A stretch of DNA of 64,000 nt from Takakia lepidozioides (taxonomy: Eukaryota > Plantae > Bryophyta). The stretch covers positions 55,366,001 to 55,430,000 of the forward strand of contig CM060732.1 in assembly GCA_030704615.1 (NCBI GenBank), given 5' to 3'. Position numbers and translations under genes: made by a program. Of the stretch, positions 35,929 through 49,324 are shown piece by piece. The stretch's first letter is position 1. Every line of letters begins with the position of its first letter. Under the pieces are notes generated by a model, which saw nothing but the letters and a program-made list of their open reading frames with translations, had not been told where the DNA came from and did not search any database.

Positions 35929-38006
35929 TCAGTCACGGCACATCACTGAAGTTGAAGATGACTGAGACTGCAAAATTTGGAGCGTTTCTACAAAAGAATC
36001 CAGGGTCTTCTTGGAAGAGCCACCGGGCCCTACAGCATTTCGTACTGTTACACTCAAATCCTTCACATTTTTCCTTAACATCTCTCCTCGCTCCTCTTCC
36101 ATCAGAAGCCTCACGGCCCTCTCTACCTCCTCCTTGCCAACCAACCCATCATCGGATCCCTGGACCCCAAAAGCAACTTTTAGTACGTCTACAAGGAGTG
36201 TTTTGTTCATGTGTTGCTCTGCTTGAATCGGCCAAGCTATCATGGCCACGGCCATGCACACACTCTCCACTGTGGAGTTCCACCCACAGTGGCTCAGGAA
36301 ACCTCCAACCGCGGGATGGGCAAGGATCTGCAACTGTGGCGCCCATGCAGAGAACACTAATCCCTGCTTCTTAGTCCTCTCCATGAAACCTTGGGGGAGG
36401 AAGGTAGAGATGTCACCTTCCATACCTTGTGGAGCTCTTAGGACCCAAAGAAAGTTTTGCCCACTTGTCTCAAGCCCGAGAGCTAGTTCATGAATCTGTT
36501 TGGCAGAGAGAGTAGCTATGCTTCCAAAGGAGACATACAGAACAGATGAGGGCTGCTGTGTGTTCAACCAGTCTATGCACTCATTACTGTCTGAACTCGC
36601 TTGTGATGGGTTGTTGAACATGTTCTCCTTGTTTCCATCTAGGAGCGTGGGTCCCACCATTAAGATGCTAGGCACCTGCAAGGAACCGTATGTCAATTGC
36701 ATATAAGTAAGATGGTATGGCTGTAAAGGTGCCACTACCACTGAAACTGAATTGAAGTACTCGGCCAGCAGCCATGAAACTACGCAACAAGATATACCCT
36801 GAGACTAATTCATCTCTGGGCCCTGTAATATCCCTGTGTGTTAAATGTAAAGATACTGACCTGAGTTGTCTTCGACCCACTTCGAAGTACATCTCGAAGG
36901 CCTTCGATTACGGAAGATTCCATTTCGTAAACACTATTCACAAGCACCCCCTCAGCTTCCCATAAACTCTCTGCGTTATCCACCAAAAAGCCAAAGTCCG
37001 CCTTTGTCAGCAAGCTTCGAGGCAGATCCTGAGGTTTGACGGGAGGAAACGCCGGAAGGACAAATGGAGCCTGTTGAGCTGACGTCGGAATCCGACCTTG
37101 TGCAACAAAATAACGTAAGTGGTAAAGCAGGGAAAGAAAATGTGCTGGTGATGAAAACAGACAATATCTCGGAATCCGATACTTGGTAGCTGTAACCTGC
37201 CATTCAAGTTGTGTCACTCGTGAGGTGTATATCGGGACTGAATAGATAACTTCCGTTTGCAGTGTTACTCAAGATAAGGTAGTAGATTCCATACAATGTC
37301 ATCTGTAACGCATTATATCTTAATCAAGCAAGCTTATTAACAAGCTGAGAGAATGTGCATGGGCAGGCATACCACTTACTAGAGCAATGCACTATCCTCC
37401 CAAATGTGGTAGACCTAAAGATTCCACAATGTTCAAATATCTTGTGTATCTTTCTCGGCCTAGCTTATTAGATCAATGGCGAATTCATAGTACCGAGTGG
37501 CATGTACGCTTGTTGTAGAATCACATGTGCTCGACACTGGAAACTGCAAATACAACCCTGAATGAAAGCTCTCTTGTAATGCAATCATAGGCACCTACCT
37601 GAGTCCAACCCAAGAACATGTCGGAGATGATGCATACAGGAGGACCTACGAGGGTAGCCCGGGGGGGGTCCATCAGTGATCTTATGAGTTCTTCAAATGA
37701 TGCTTTCATGGCATGCGATGCCGATGCCTCTTTCAAGCCCGAAATGCTCGAGCTGTTTAGCATTGCAAATCCCACAGGAAACTCAAGGGCTACCAATTGC
37801 ACATTGTGGCTGAACGCAAAGCCGGTGTCATCAATCAGGGCCCGTTTCGCACTAGAGAGATGTGGAGTCGTGGTCACAAAGGTGACAGTGATGCCATAGC
37901 CAGCCAAGATCTTCGAGAACTGCACGAAGGGGCCAATGTGGCCTGCCGCCGGAAAGGGGAAGGCAACCACATGGACTCCAAGGAGCTTAGCTGCCTGCGT
38001 CGCCAT
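35929..38006 (-). CDS. Family-1 UDP-glycosyltransferase; exons 38006-37599, 37196-36861, 36675-35929 (~496 aa)
   Basis: HVVAFPFPAAGH (catalytic His), CIISDMFLGW, SVLYVSFGS, and PSPG box WAPQLQILAHPAVGGFLSHCGWNSTVES...WPIQAEQ. Both introns are phase-0 GT/AG and the frame is open throughout. Confidence 0.95.
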
Positions 38007-41000
38007 GATGAACAGGAAGGTGTGCACCTTACAACAGAATCCTGCAAAAACTGGAAAAGTTTCTCATGAGCTTGAAATAGAGGTCGACTAAGCAGGCTGA
38101 GTGGGAGAGATCCCAGGACCCAGGTTCATGTGGAATTGGCCATGGTGTATGGTGTGGGCTTCCCAGAAACAACCGAAGCTTGGGCACCCTCATTGGCAAG
38201 GGAGGACTGGTTACCAAAAAATCGCTGGACTCATATCAATTTTAGTTAGTGTTCACATGAGGCTCTTCGTCTACAGTTGCAGTCTTTCAGCAAAACATCC
38301 CATACCCATATTAGCTGAAGGGCAGCCCTGCATACACAGGCCCTGGAAGAAAGTTATCGTTATTGTGGAAGCAATTGAGAGGGATAAAGCGTGCAGGCTG
38401 AAATATTGAGTCTGGAGAAAGGTGATGGAAGGGCTACATGGCCTTACCTCAAAGCAGGCCGACTGCGTAACCGCAACTTCTGCGAGGAGATGCCGGCTGC
38501 TGTCCGCCTGTAGTAGGAGCACGCCGCAACAGGATCGCCGCGGGAAATTGGCCCTGTCCGCTGCCACCAGCTGCTGCTGCGCTTCCCGCCTGCCAGAGGT
38601 GAGCACGATCACACCTGAACGTTCGTAAGGTCACTAATGCATCCATTCCATACTCAAGCAAAAGACGAAAACACTGCTCAAGTTTACAATTGATAGCCAA
38701 AGTTTCGATCCAGCTGCAGGCTACCTTACGACAAACAAGGTGCTGTGCACACACAGTGGAGTCCTCTGACGGATTCCTGCCGAGTAATTTGAGAGTCTTA
38801 GCCAAGTAGGCTGATTGTACCCTGCCCTACCTTAGAGCTTCCTACTGCTCCACTATCTCCGAACTCTCACGATATGCACCAAAGCTTGTTCAGTCTGATG
38901 CGCTGATATCGCCAGGACAGACCCATGTTTATAGGCCACCGCTCTCCCGCACAGCTGTTTCTATTTGGAATATAGTGGCGAGGACCTGACGAGGACACGG
39001 ACGCAACATGTGGGGTTACTCGTGAGGCCGGCATCCTTGACCATCGCACCTCAAGCTCTCAAGCGCTCAAGCTCTCAGACAAAAGATTTGGCAATATATC
39101 TATCCCGCTACCAAGTTCCAATGTCACGTGCATTATAGTGCACTTGTGTCCAAGATGGAGGACGGAAAAATAATTGGGTTCATGTATATTGCAGCACTGA
39201 CACCAACCAGTCCAGACGCCAATCAACCAATATCAACGTGCTGGTTGTTGACCATGAAACCAAGGCGGCGCCCCACTGAGTCTGTAGTGTTCGTTGCAGC
39301 TGCCATTACCAGCGAGAGGCTACAATGAAGTATGCCGGATTACAAAGCTATCTTGACGTGCACGCTATATGATCTTCCTAGCACGGACGCTTTCAGTTTA
39401 ACACACCCTAGCACAAATGATACGGCAGCAAGAAGGCAACAAGAAACTTCATGACTTCTAAGTCGGTTCTAGCAAAACAATCTTAGAACTAACAAATCAA
39501 ATGACTGATGTCCGATCTACTGCGAGGACGCACCCGCTGTTTGATTCCGCATTGGAGCTACAGTGTGCTTTGCAACATAGATAAGTAGGGACTTGTTTGG
39601 TAGGATACAGCAAATCTAGTTCAGACCGATGCAGTGGAATTCTCCTTATGTAAGTCTTCATTCCAGCAGATGATCTGGACCAAATTTGTGCATGTACGAG
39701 GAAAGACTTTCAAGCACTTACGATCCTCAGTACCGAGATGCCAAGATGCTCAGTAACAGTGCACCTTCTGCTAAGTGCCACAGGAGTTCGCAAGTGAGAA
39801 CTGATTTCATGGCAAAAGTCTCCGCGAGAAACTCAAATGCAAACTAAGTGGATCATATGCGAAAGTCTCCAAAGGAAAATCTAAGTTTTCGTCGAATCTT
39901 CTAGTAACCTTGAAATTAAATCTATTACTTGTACTTAATTCATAGGATCGTGTAGGATAACGTACTTGCGTTGTGAGAGCGATGGCTAGCTTGATGCGCA
40001 GTTGTGGAAGAAGCTGTAGAACAATGAGCCTGATTCTTGTACCATTGCTTTGGAGCCTCACCACCCAACCTTAGAACCACTACAAGAAGAGAGTGTCATA
40101 AAACAACAACTCTATCGAGCCTCTTATATAGGCTAAACGCAATCTGTAAAAGACTTGCCTTTTTCACACCTACTTTTACTACATGTACAAAGTAGTCCCA
40201 TGATGGACTTACTTTACCTTAACCAAAAGAGTCTCCAAATTTAGAGTTTCTAATGTCTTCAACTTTTGTTCCATAATACATACCTTAGATCAATCAGGTA
40301 GTCTAGTGCTATGTAGTCTGTTGGTATGAGTGTGATTTCTCAAACGTTCATGGTTTGAATTCCCAATGGCGAATGGATTTGTGGTTGATTGTGGACAACT
40401 AGGTATCGAGTTGAACGTATTGTACCTATCAGTTTCTGAAAGTACCTTCATGGAGGTAGTTCTTAGCTATGAAACTACTGGCAGAGAGGAAGTTATGAAT
40501 ATTTCCAAACCAAAAAATTTGTAAGTCCTAACATCCTATAACGCTACTATCTCCATGGAGGTAGTCCTTGATGTGGTGGGAGGAGGCTATACAAAAATTC
40601 AGAGACCCTCCTGGAAGGAGCCTCTACCGAAGTGTTTGTTTCTCTTTCATTTTTCCAAAATCACCAAAGCGACACATGTAAATTCTACGCAGCGTCCATG
40701 TGGTAGCCAGGTGGCAGGGTCAGAAAAGTGACTATATAACAGGTGGCACGGTTTAAAAGGTCCACGTAGGTAAAGTCCAGCTCCTTGATATTCAACTATT
40801 GCCGCTTTCTGGCGAATTTTACAAATTTTACCCCCATAATTCATTTGTACAAGTAACTGACCCATTTCCAGATCGAAATCTGGCGATTTTCTGCCAAAAA
40901 AAAAACACACTGCTCTACCGACTCATTTGCGTTCTCATGGAGGAAAGATGACATGTATCAACGACAGTCAAACGGACCCACCAAGGGCAACTTAAGCATG

Positions 41001-41408
41001 CGGGATATGGCGGGGGTACCTATGAGGTGGAGCAGTATAAGAACTCGAGAGCATATGACAATCTTATCCTCTCGCGATCGGCCTGTGATTCACTGGGAAT
41101 TTCGGCTACATGTGATTAAGAGTTTTTTCCTCACTGTACGTCTGAACGGTTGATCCAATATACTAAAGCCTTGTATCCAGATAAAAGCTGCCTGCACAAA
41201 CCTCAGATGCAAACAGTTTCATTAGTCTTAAACTCGGTGTAAAATATCCACGCCATTCTCTGAATCTCTTTTGAAACTTTGTCCCCCAGGAGGGAGCTAT
41301 GCCCTGCAAAGCAGTATTCTTGTTAGTACTTGCATCCATAATCTCTATGTGTGTAGCTCAGGATGGCGAGAGCGGAACAATTTGTGCAAACGATCTCTGC
41401 TGTACTTA

Positions 41409-42105
41409 GGATAGAAGCACTCTTCATGGCGCAGGAAAATGGGTAAATGTAATAACTTTTTGTGCTTTTAACCTATGAGATCATGTAATACCTTAACAGA
41501 AAGCTCTTAAGATATACAACTTTTCTTAGTTGAAAGTTGAACGAGATTCTGACTTTATCTGCTATTAAAAGTGGATAGAAGTAGAGAATGTCAATGTCAG
41601 CCTATGGTACACCTTGTCCCTATCATGACTCATTCATATCTCATTAATATCTTTTCTACCTGAGATGGTAACCAAAAAACAAAACCAAAAATACCATTGG
41701 AAAGCGCTTAATGTGGCCCATCTTTTTGTAGTTGGAGCAATTTTCATTAGAGGACAACTACCTATAGCAATTTAAGGGTAAAACAAGTGGGCCCATCATG
41801 GCGCACAAGATATATTGCTTGTTTGGTACATTGGACTTTAACCATTTTAAGAAATTAAGATACCATTGGAAAGCTCTTGATGAGCCCCATCATTTTGTAG
41901 TTGGAACAATTTTCAGTAAAGTTCATCTACCTAGGGTAATTTGAGTGTAAAGTGATTTCATATTGTAGTTCATTCCTCTTTGGGTAACCTGCTCTCCTAT
42001 CATGGCGCACCCCACCCGTTCCAAAACTGGGCATATTTTCTTGCACCATGGGCGCACTTTGAGCGCCACTATGGGGCACATGCGCCAAGATCAGTGCTTC
42101 TACCC
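41409..42105. mobile_element. Non-autonomous TIR element (MITE)
   Basis: GGATAGAAGCACT..CATGGCGC and GCGCCAAG..AGTGCTTCTACCC form inverted ends, flanked by TA. Confidence 0.6.
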
Positions 42106-42120
42106 TAGTCAGTATTTCTA

Positions 42121-42919
42121 CTGTACTTACCTAGCTTATTAGGCAATAATTAATTCAAAATCAGGTGCCTAACTATATTTAGAACATTTTTGGAAAATGC
42201 GCCTAAAACCTGGAAAAACTCCTGAGAAGTGCCTAATTGCTCAAAAATCCAAAATGTCCAAACATGTGGAAAAAATGCCTAAATTATTTTATTTAAAGTC
42301 CAAAAAATGGTAAAAATGCCTACAATTTAGATTTTCATGTCCATACAACTTCCAAAGGGCCTTGCAACATCTTCATAAGTCTCAACGCCTACCTCATGTG
42401 AATCTTCTGATTATGAGAGAAGGTTAAGGTCAGGAACATCACGATCCTCAATATGCATGTTTGCAAGACATCAGCTAATGCTCTCAATGAGACTTCCATC
42501 AAGGTAGACATCAGGAACCTCCATGGCAAGATCTCCTTCCACTTGGGTGTTTGGGTTTGAAAACAAAGAAAATGTAAAATTGGCTCTCATTGCCTCACCT
42601 CGAAAGGCATCTTCAAATGCTCGTAAAATTCCACAAAGTCTCCAACTTGACAAAATCATCTCCCGTTGGCACTTCACCTCCACCCAAGACTCATACAACC
42701 AACATTATGTGTTTTTTAAATAAAATAACCTCAACCATAGTTTTTGAGGGAGGTAAAAAATAATTGTTCATCATTATCCTGGGTCGACTGAAATACATGC
42801 CTAATATTTGGAAATTACCTAGTTGAGGTGTCTAAATAATAAAAACGAATCTGCCTAATAATATTCCATTTTTATTAATTATTAGGCGCGGAAGTGCCTA
42901 ATAAGCTAGATAAGTATGG
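42121..42919 (-). mobile_element. Tc1/mariner (pogo-like) deletion derivative
   Basis: TIRs CTGTACTTACCTAGCTTATTAGGCA / TGCCTAATAAGCTAGATAAGTATGG with TA TSD. An internal remnant ILSSWRLCG resembles the tail of pogo DDE transposases. Confidence 0.75.
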
Positions 42920-42960
42920 TATTGTTGGTCCTCCAATGCTTAATGCGGCAAAGGATGTCT

Positions 42961-44140
42961 GAGCGCCCTGCCTAGGGCTATTTGTAAAGTACTCCTACAA
43001 GGCTTATAGAGCCCCTGCCATGGGGGACCAATTAATGTGGGGGTCACATGCCCCCACATTAATGGCTCCTTGTGTGGCCCAGCATTAATTGCACTCCAGC
43101 CTCCATGAGGCCCATGTCATGCTATGGCCGCCATAGCGAGCCTCCATGGTGCCTCCATGCTCCACATCCACCATCCATGCGCTCCATCTGTTTCATAACC
43201 CCATGATCCATCCCCGTGTCCTCCTCAACTCATTTTATCAATTTATAATGCAACAAAAAACATTTAGTTGCACTTTAGTTGGTAGTTCAGCTGGTAAGTG
43301 CACAATGTGTGAACCATGTAGTTTGGAGATTAAACCCATTGCACTACCCCTGTCCGTGTGTGGATTGTTCATGGCGGTCCTCCGTAGTCTAAATCATGGG
43401 CTGTTGCTACTAAGTTTTTTTTTTTCTCTTCAAAAAAGAGAAAAAAATGTTAAGGGGCTGATCTGAAACTGAAATTGTTGTTTAAATATTTAAAATTTCA
43501 TACTCTCAGTAGAGTTAAGGGGCTGATCCGAAACCAAAATTGTTGTTGTTGATAAGAAACCAATATTATTGTTTAAATATTGGTTAAATTGATTAATACA
43601 TTGTTTAAATATTGTTAAATTATTTAAATATTGGTTAATATAAACAACAATATTGGTTTCGTATCAACAACAACAATTTTGGTTTCGGATCAACCCCTTA
43701 ACATTTTTTCCTCTGTTTTGAAGGAAAAAAAAAATCTTGGGAGTTACAGTCTACGATTGAAGCTATTGAGGACCGCCACGAACAATCCATACACGGAGAA
43801 GGATAGGGCAATGGGTTTGAACCCCAAACTACGTAAGTAACACATTGTGCGCTTACCCAACTGGGTTACCAATCAATATGTATCTTAATGTTATTTGTTG
43901 CATTATAAAATGATCAAAATGAGTTGAGGAGGGCATGGGAATAGGGAGCATATGGATAGCATGGATGGTGGATGTGGGGCATGGAGGCTCGCTATGATGG
44001 CCATAGCATGGCATGGGGCCTCATGGAGGCTGGAGTGCAGTTAATGCTGGGCCACAGCCATTAATGTGTCCCCCTTGGCAGGGGCTCTATAGGGGAGACC
44101 TGGCAAGAGTAGATTACAAATAGCCCCAGGCGAGCGGGGC
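42961..44140. mobile_element. Foldback element with ~550-bp imperfect inverted arms and an AT-rich centre
   Basis: The arms align as reverse complements (e.g. GCACTCCAGCCTCCATGAGGCCC / GGGCCTCATGGAGGCTGGAGTGC; TCCTCAACTCATTTT / AAAATGAGTTGAGGA). Confidence 0.85.
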
Positions 44141-44160
44141 CATGCTCCAATGGAACCACT

Positions 44161-44250
44161 GTCACGACCCCACCTGTCGGGCACCGAAGTGAGAAACATA
44201 GTCACCACGACCCCACCTGTCGGGCACCGACGTGAGAAACATAGTCACCA
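44161..44250. repeat. ~45-bp tandem duplication (CGACCCCACCTGTCGGGCACCGA.GTGAGAAACATAGTCACCA)
   Basis: Two adjacent near-identical copies. Confidence 0.85.
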
Positions 44251-46104
44251 GTGAAGTGTTTGACAGTCTCCTCTCGAACCGGGATAGCTTCTATACGTAC
44301 GATTCAGTCATTGCTCTAAGAAAATAAAGAAAGACAATAGGAATAATGTAAGAACTTAATGGAAACGTGTGACCTGACGATACATTAGCCGGATTCCAGC
44401 AGCCTGGACTCATGGGGGGCCTGTCAAATCCTCCCCACCCCCTCTTACCGCGGTTTCATTATTAAATACTTAAGAATCCAAGTGGGTTGCAAGATGTAGC
44501 GTGATGGTAAGATGATAATATTGCAGGTGGCAAGGTTTAGGGTTTGACGCTTATTGGGAGGCTCTTGCAATGTAACCCCGGTCGGTGTAACCCTCCAATC
44601 AGTGTAACCCTCTGTAACCCCGATTTCTCATGTAACTCTGGTTAGTCCATTTTATACTTAGCCAAATTTGGACTTAGTCAAATTTCGAGACCACATGTGA
44701 GTGACACCAAGTGGAGTTACACTCCATTTTGTGTAACCCCAAGTGGAGTTACACACCTCTTCATGTAACCCAATGTAACCCCACATGGAGTTACACGCCT
44801 CGTTGTGTAACCCAGTGTAACCCCGACTGGAGTTTACACTCCTTCAGTTCCATGTCACTCTCAAGAGAGGGTGGGGAAAATTTGACGTGCCGGAAACCGG
44901 CGTACCATCCTGTTAGAGGTTGCACGTGTGATTTAAGTTCTTACATTATTCCTATTATCTTCCGAAAATAAATACTCAACTTTTGGAACCACCGGCAACT
45001 CTTGGGCCTAGTTGTGAGAGACCGCCGCATTCGTGTACAGCTATGAACAACCGGTCGTGGTACTTTCGATTTGAGTCCCAACAACTTAGGGCCAACTTCC
45101 ATGTCTCAGCCAAATCGGCCAAGTTATCCAAAGTTTGGAGCATGGCCAACTGGTGGCATGGATGGTTGATTTTATGTGCATAGGGTTCAAAAGTAATCGG
45201 AAACAGGTCTGCATCGCTCTCCAAGGCCCGGACCAATTGAGCATGTCACTTGGCAAAGGGTGGGTCCCGCGGGAGTCAAGAGAGATGAGCAATGTGCACA
45301 AAGGTGACCTTCACAGCAGGTAGATTAGACATGGTAACCCAGTACAACAGGTGAAAAGCGATTACCGATATCGGCCATGAACTCTGGCGCCAAATTCCTA
45401 GGTATTGCGCTCACCGATGTCGGTCACCGATATCTGGGCGCCGGCTAAAATTAACGCATGGAAGCAAGTCGTCATTTTTGTCATCTAGTATCAACTTGGC
45501 CGAATGCCGATACATGAAAGTTGGTCCTTTTAGGTTGAAAGAGTTGAATGGAGGGGTGTGTAGTTAATTCTGCAGCTTAGGCGACTCAGTTGGAGTCGCA
45601 ATCTATAGTACTAAACCCATTCATCTAGGGTCACTCATCACTTGAGCAATTGATTTTTTGAAGTGAAGTTGATCAGTTGAAAATGAACTTAGTAAAGATT
45701 TCAGCACTTGCGTCCTAAATCAAGTTTCCGCATTTAGTTTGAGCTTACTACCAATGATCAGTAGCTCAGTTGGATACGTAGTGCACTGAGTGCCACCCAG
45801 ATGGTTCTAGCGTCGAATCCTGCTACCCTTGACGGGTGTGGTATGTTCTTCTCCCCCTTCCCTTGGGCAGTGTCCCCTTTCATGGCGAGGTTACTGTTAA
45901 AGAGGTTTTTTTTTCCTCTCACTATAATTAAGGGGCCTGAATTGTGAGTTGTCGCTCCCAAGTGTTTCCTTTTTGGAAACACTTTGTGTCACTTGTCTTG
46001 ATGTTGTAATGGCGATAGGGTTATATTACATCAACGAGATGTGGTGTAAAAAGACGGGCCTACGCAATAAGCCCTAGTTACTAACCTTTCACCTAGAGTT
46101 CATG

Positions 46105-46340
46105 TTCATACCCGTTACCTGCTGCCCTGCAACGGAAGAGAAAAGGAAACAGGAACGGTTCCTTCAGTTCATCATCAGAGTTATTCAAGATACCAACTTC
46201 ACACCTGACACCTGCTGCCCTGCAGCGGAAGAGAAAATGAAACAGGAACGGTTCATTCAGTTCATCATCATAGTTATTCAAGATACCAACTTCACACCCG
46301 ACATCTGCTGCCCTACATCGGAAGAGAAAAGGAAACAGGC
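46105..46340. repeat. 93-bp tandem repeat, ~2.5 copies
   Basis: CTGCTGCCCT...GAAGAGAAAA..AAACAGG recurs at ~46118, 46211 and 46304. Confidence 0.85.
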
Positions 46341-47618
46341 TCGGTCACTCTAAATCAACGGTAAGCAATTGCAAATGCTAATAGCTTATCGTTGGTGCAG
46401 CAAAATCACCACTAAGGGATGCATTCCCATGAGATGTCATCATCCACTAGCACTCAGTATTCCCTTTTCACCATGAGGCCACAGTATACATTCAGCCCCT
46501 TGTCTCTCACATTTTTTATTTATTTTTCCTCTCTTACTCATCATTTGTTCCTTCCCTCATTTGCCCAGCCTTCAAGTAGATTCAACAGAGGCTGGCCCAG
46601 GACCATAACGCCACATTCGCAAATTGCACACCCATGAACATCTAGGGAGCAGAGTAAGAACACATCCCTATCACCAGCAGTTCTAAAGTGTGAGCTAGCA
46701 AGCTACCTCTACAGCAAAGAACTCAGAAAGTGAACACATTAGACATCTCCTAAGTGTGCATGTATTGGAAACTCAAAACAGAGAATGTGATGTCCACTGC
46801 CTAGCTGCAGTGGGCGGTATCCAGGTTCAAACATCATCTTCCTCATCCTCTTAGATTCGGGCAGAGTCAGCCCATCCTACTTGCCATCTTTTCTCATGCA
46901 TTACCCCATCACTTAACCTCCTTATCACCTCTCTCTCTCACATCTCAAAACAGAACCAAAACCAAGAGAGTCTCCTGCCCTACAACATAATCACTCTTCC
47001 TCTACTATAGTCCTCGTCATAACCACCCACAACTCTCCATCTCTCTCCTCCATCTCTACCTTCCACGGTAAGTCAAGTGGGAGCGTAAGTGCCACAATTC
47101 GGTGCCACCACTTCATGTATGTCCCTAGAGCTCTATCTCGCTCATAATTCCTCGCCACTATGGCCTGCTGCTGACTGCCTCCATCCCAGCTCGATTCCCG
47201 CCATTGCTGACACAAAACATGATGCAGCCCCTCAAGCTCTAAATGCTACCGCCGATTATAAATAATGCGCCGAACGCTTCTTTAAAAACCCTTAAGCGCA
47301 CACCCTCGTGCTTGAAGCCCACTGTAATAACCCTCCCTCTCGAGCAGCTAGAAGCTCTAGACCGAATAGCCCGAATGTCGTGTGAAGGAGCGGAATCCAT
47401 CCACATATGTTTTCATCCATAAAGATGCACTGATGACAAACCGCGATTTCATCCATAGTAACCAACAACGGATTTCATTAAGGGACTTAGCCAAAATGTG
47501 TACCCAGGCTAATAGCCCCTAAGTGCTTGAGAAGAAAAATTGAAAATAGGACAGAAGAAATTGCACCACAGAGATCTCTCAATCTAGCGACTACTATATG
47601 ATGCTCAAAATTGGCTTA

Positions 47619-48761
47619 GAGCATCTCCACGGTGCCACGGCACTTGCCCCAAAACAACAATCTAACGGCGCGGGGTCCAAAAAAGTAGCGCAGCTTGCTC
47701 CACGGTTGGCTCAGCCTGGTAGAATTGCTGCCAGCCCCCTAGGGGAGGCCACTTCCAAATATTCCGGTACTACGTGCAAAAAAACATAGGGTACAATATA
47801 TTCTTGGCAGATAAAATTTATAAAACAATTACAAATAAATATGGGTACCAATAAATCGTGGTTTTAAAATTTAAATTAATATAGAGTGTGAAATATGGAA
47901 GCTTTTTATTTTATTTTACAACTACCAATAGGGTCCTAATAACTACCTGGGACACGTGTCGTCTAGTTACTGGTTTATCAGGTGGATTAGACTAATCATA
48001 TGTGTACAATTTCTAAGTTCTATGATGAAAACTGCAAACAAGGACGGATGTTCATCTAGTTTTTCCATGTGAGTAGGGTTGCGTGAAGAAACGAGAGAGG
48101 GTAGCATGTCGTGTGGTGTTGATGCTCTCAGTTTGACACTGAACATTTTGCTAGGCAGATCGCGCTGGTATCGTGCTTGCAACGGCGTACTTAGGTTTTT
48201 CTCCTCATTGTGACAACACAAAATGCGTTAGGAACTTGCAATGGAGGGGGGGGGTCAGTTTGACAGCATAGGGCGATTCATATTTTTTATTTTATTTCTA
48301 ATATAGCGTGCCTAAAATTTGCTAGCAGCAGCAGATTATAATTAATATAGCCTGCAAGAAAATATAGCATTTTACAAATTTATGTAAATATAGGGTGGTT
48401 GGTAAAGACCAAAATTAAAATAATACCCCCCTATAAAATACATTTTTTTGCGCGTGGTACATAAAAGATATAGGGAGTGACCTCTCTGAGCCGGCCCCGC
48501 CTTAAATCCCGCACTCTGCCAATTATATGGGACCCCTCCAACCAGGGTACACTAGATTTGTGAGTTATTTCTGAGTTAATGAGATATGATGTCCTCGGTC
48601 AACGCGCCAAGTGATCGAGGCCTGCATGGGGGCTATCTTTGCCGGGTCTTGTACCATCCCAACCGTGGAGTGTCAGCCAACCAGTCCTTGTAAAAAGTAC
48701 TGTCGCCCCTCTAACAAGGGTATATAACGTTTGACGGGCCGTGCTCACCGTGGAGATGCTC
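47619..48761. mobile_element. PIF/Harbinger MITE
   Basis: Perfect 16-bp TIR GAGCATCTCCACGGTG / CACCGTGGAGATGCTC; TTA at 47616-47618 and 48762-48764. Confidence 0.88.
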
Positions 48762-48764
48762 TTA

Positions 48765-49164
48765 GAGCATTCCCACCGGGGCCTGCTATCAGCCATGGAA
48801 GAAAGTTCCATGTCAGAGAGGAAAAACACAAAAACCATGCCCCACCGCCGCACGCTACAACGCGTGGTAAGGTTCCGTGCGCTCCAAATTGGCTGCGACC
48901 CTAAACGTTGCCGTGTCCTTCTGGGCCGTTATGTCTCACGCAAGTCAACGTTAGACGAGTCAAGCGAGTATCTGAAGTCAAGCGAGCATCCCACACCTGA
49001 GACGCTGCGCGCGAGAGGTTGAGGCGGGAGGTTGGCGTGAGATTTGCCGTGCAACGGTGGGGAGCATTCTGCCTGCAGGCACCCTATCTTCTTGCGCACT
49101 CTGCACATGCCTCAATAAAAGGCAATTGATGTACCCTTATACCAAGCCATCGGTGGGGATGGTC
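48765..49164. mobile_element. Second PIF/Harbinger MITE abutting the previous one
   Basis: GAGCATTCCCACCG / CGGTGGGGATGGTC imperfect TIR with TTA on both sides. Confidence 0.65.
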
Positions 49165-49324
49165 TTAGGGTCAGATTCTCCTTCCTCTACCTGTCAGTGA
49201 AGGTAAAGGGGGAAAGTAGCACGGTAGGCGGCGTCACGATTGAGGGGGAGATCAACCGCAAAGGATGCCTCGGATACTCTGTCACGCCGACACATAAAAA
49301 ATGGATGAATTTTCAGGTTTTTTC

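Noticed and set aside
45757-45830. tRNA gene (also tRNA-like stretches near 40310, 44495 and 50300)
   Set aside because: Only degenerate A/B-box-like motifs, with no convincing cloverleaf; probably SINE-derived relics.
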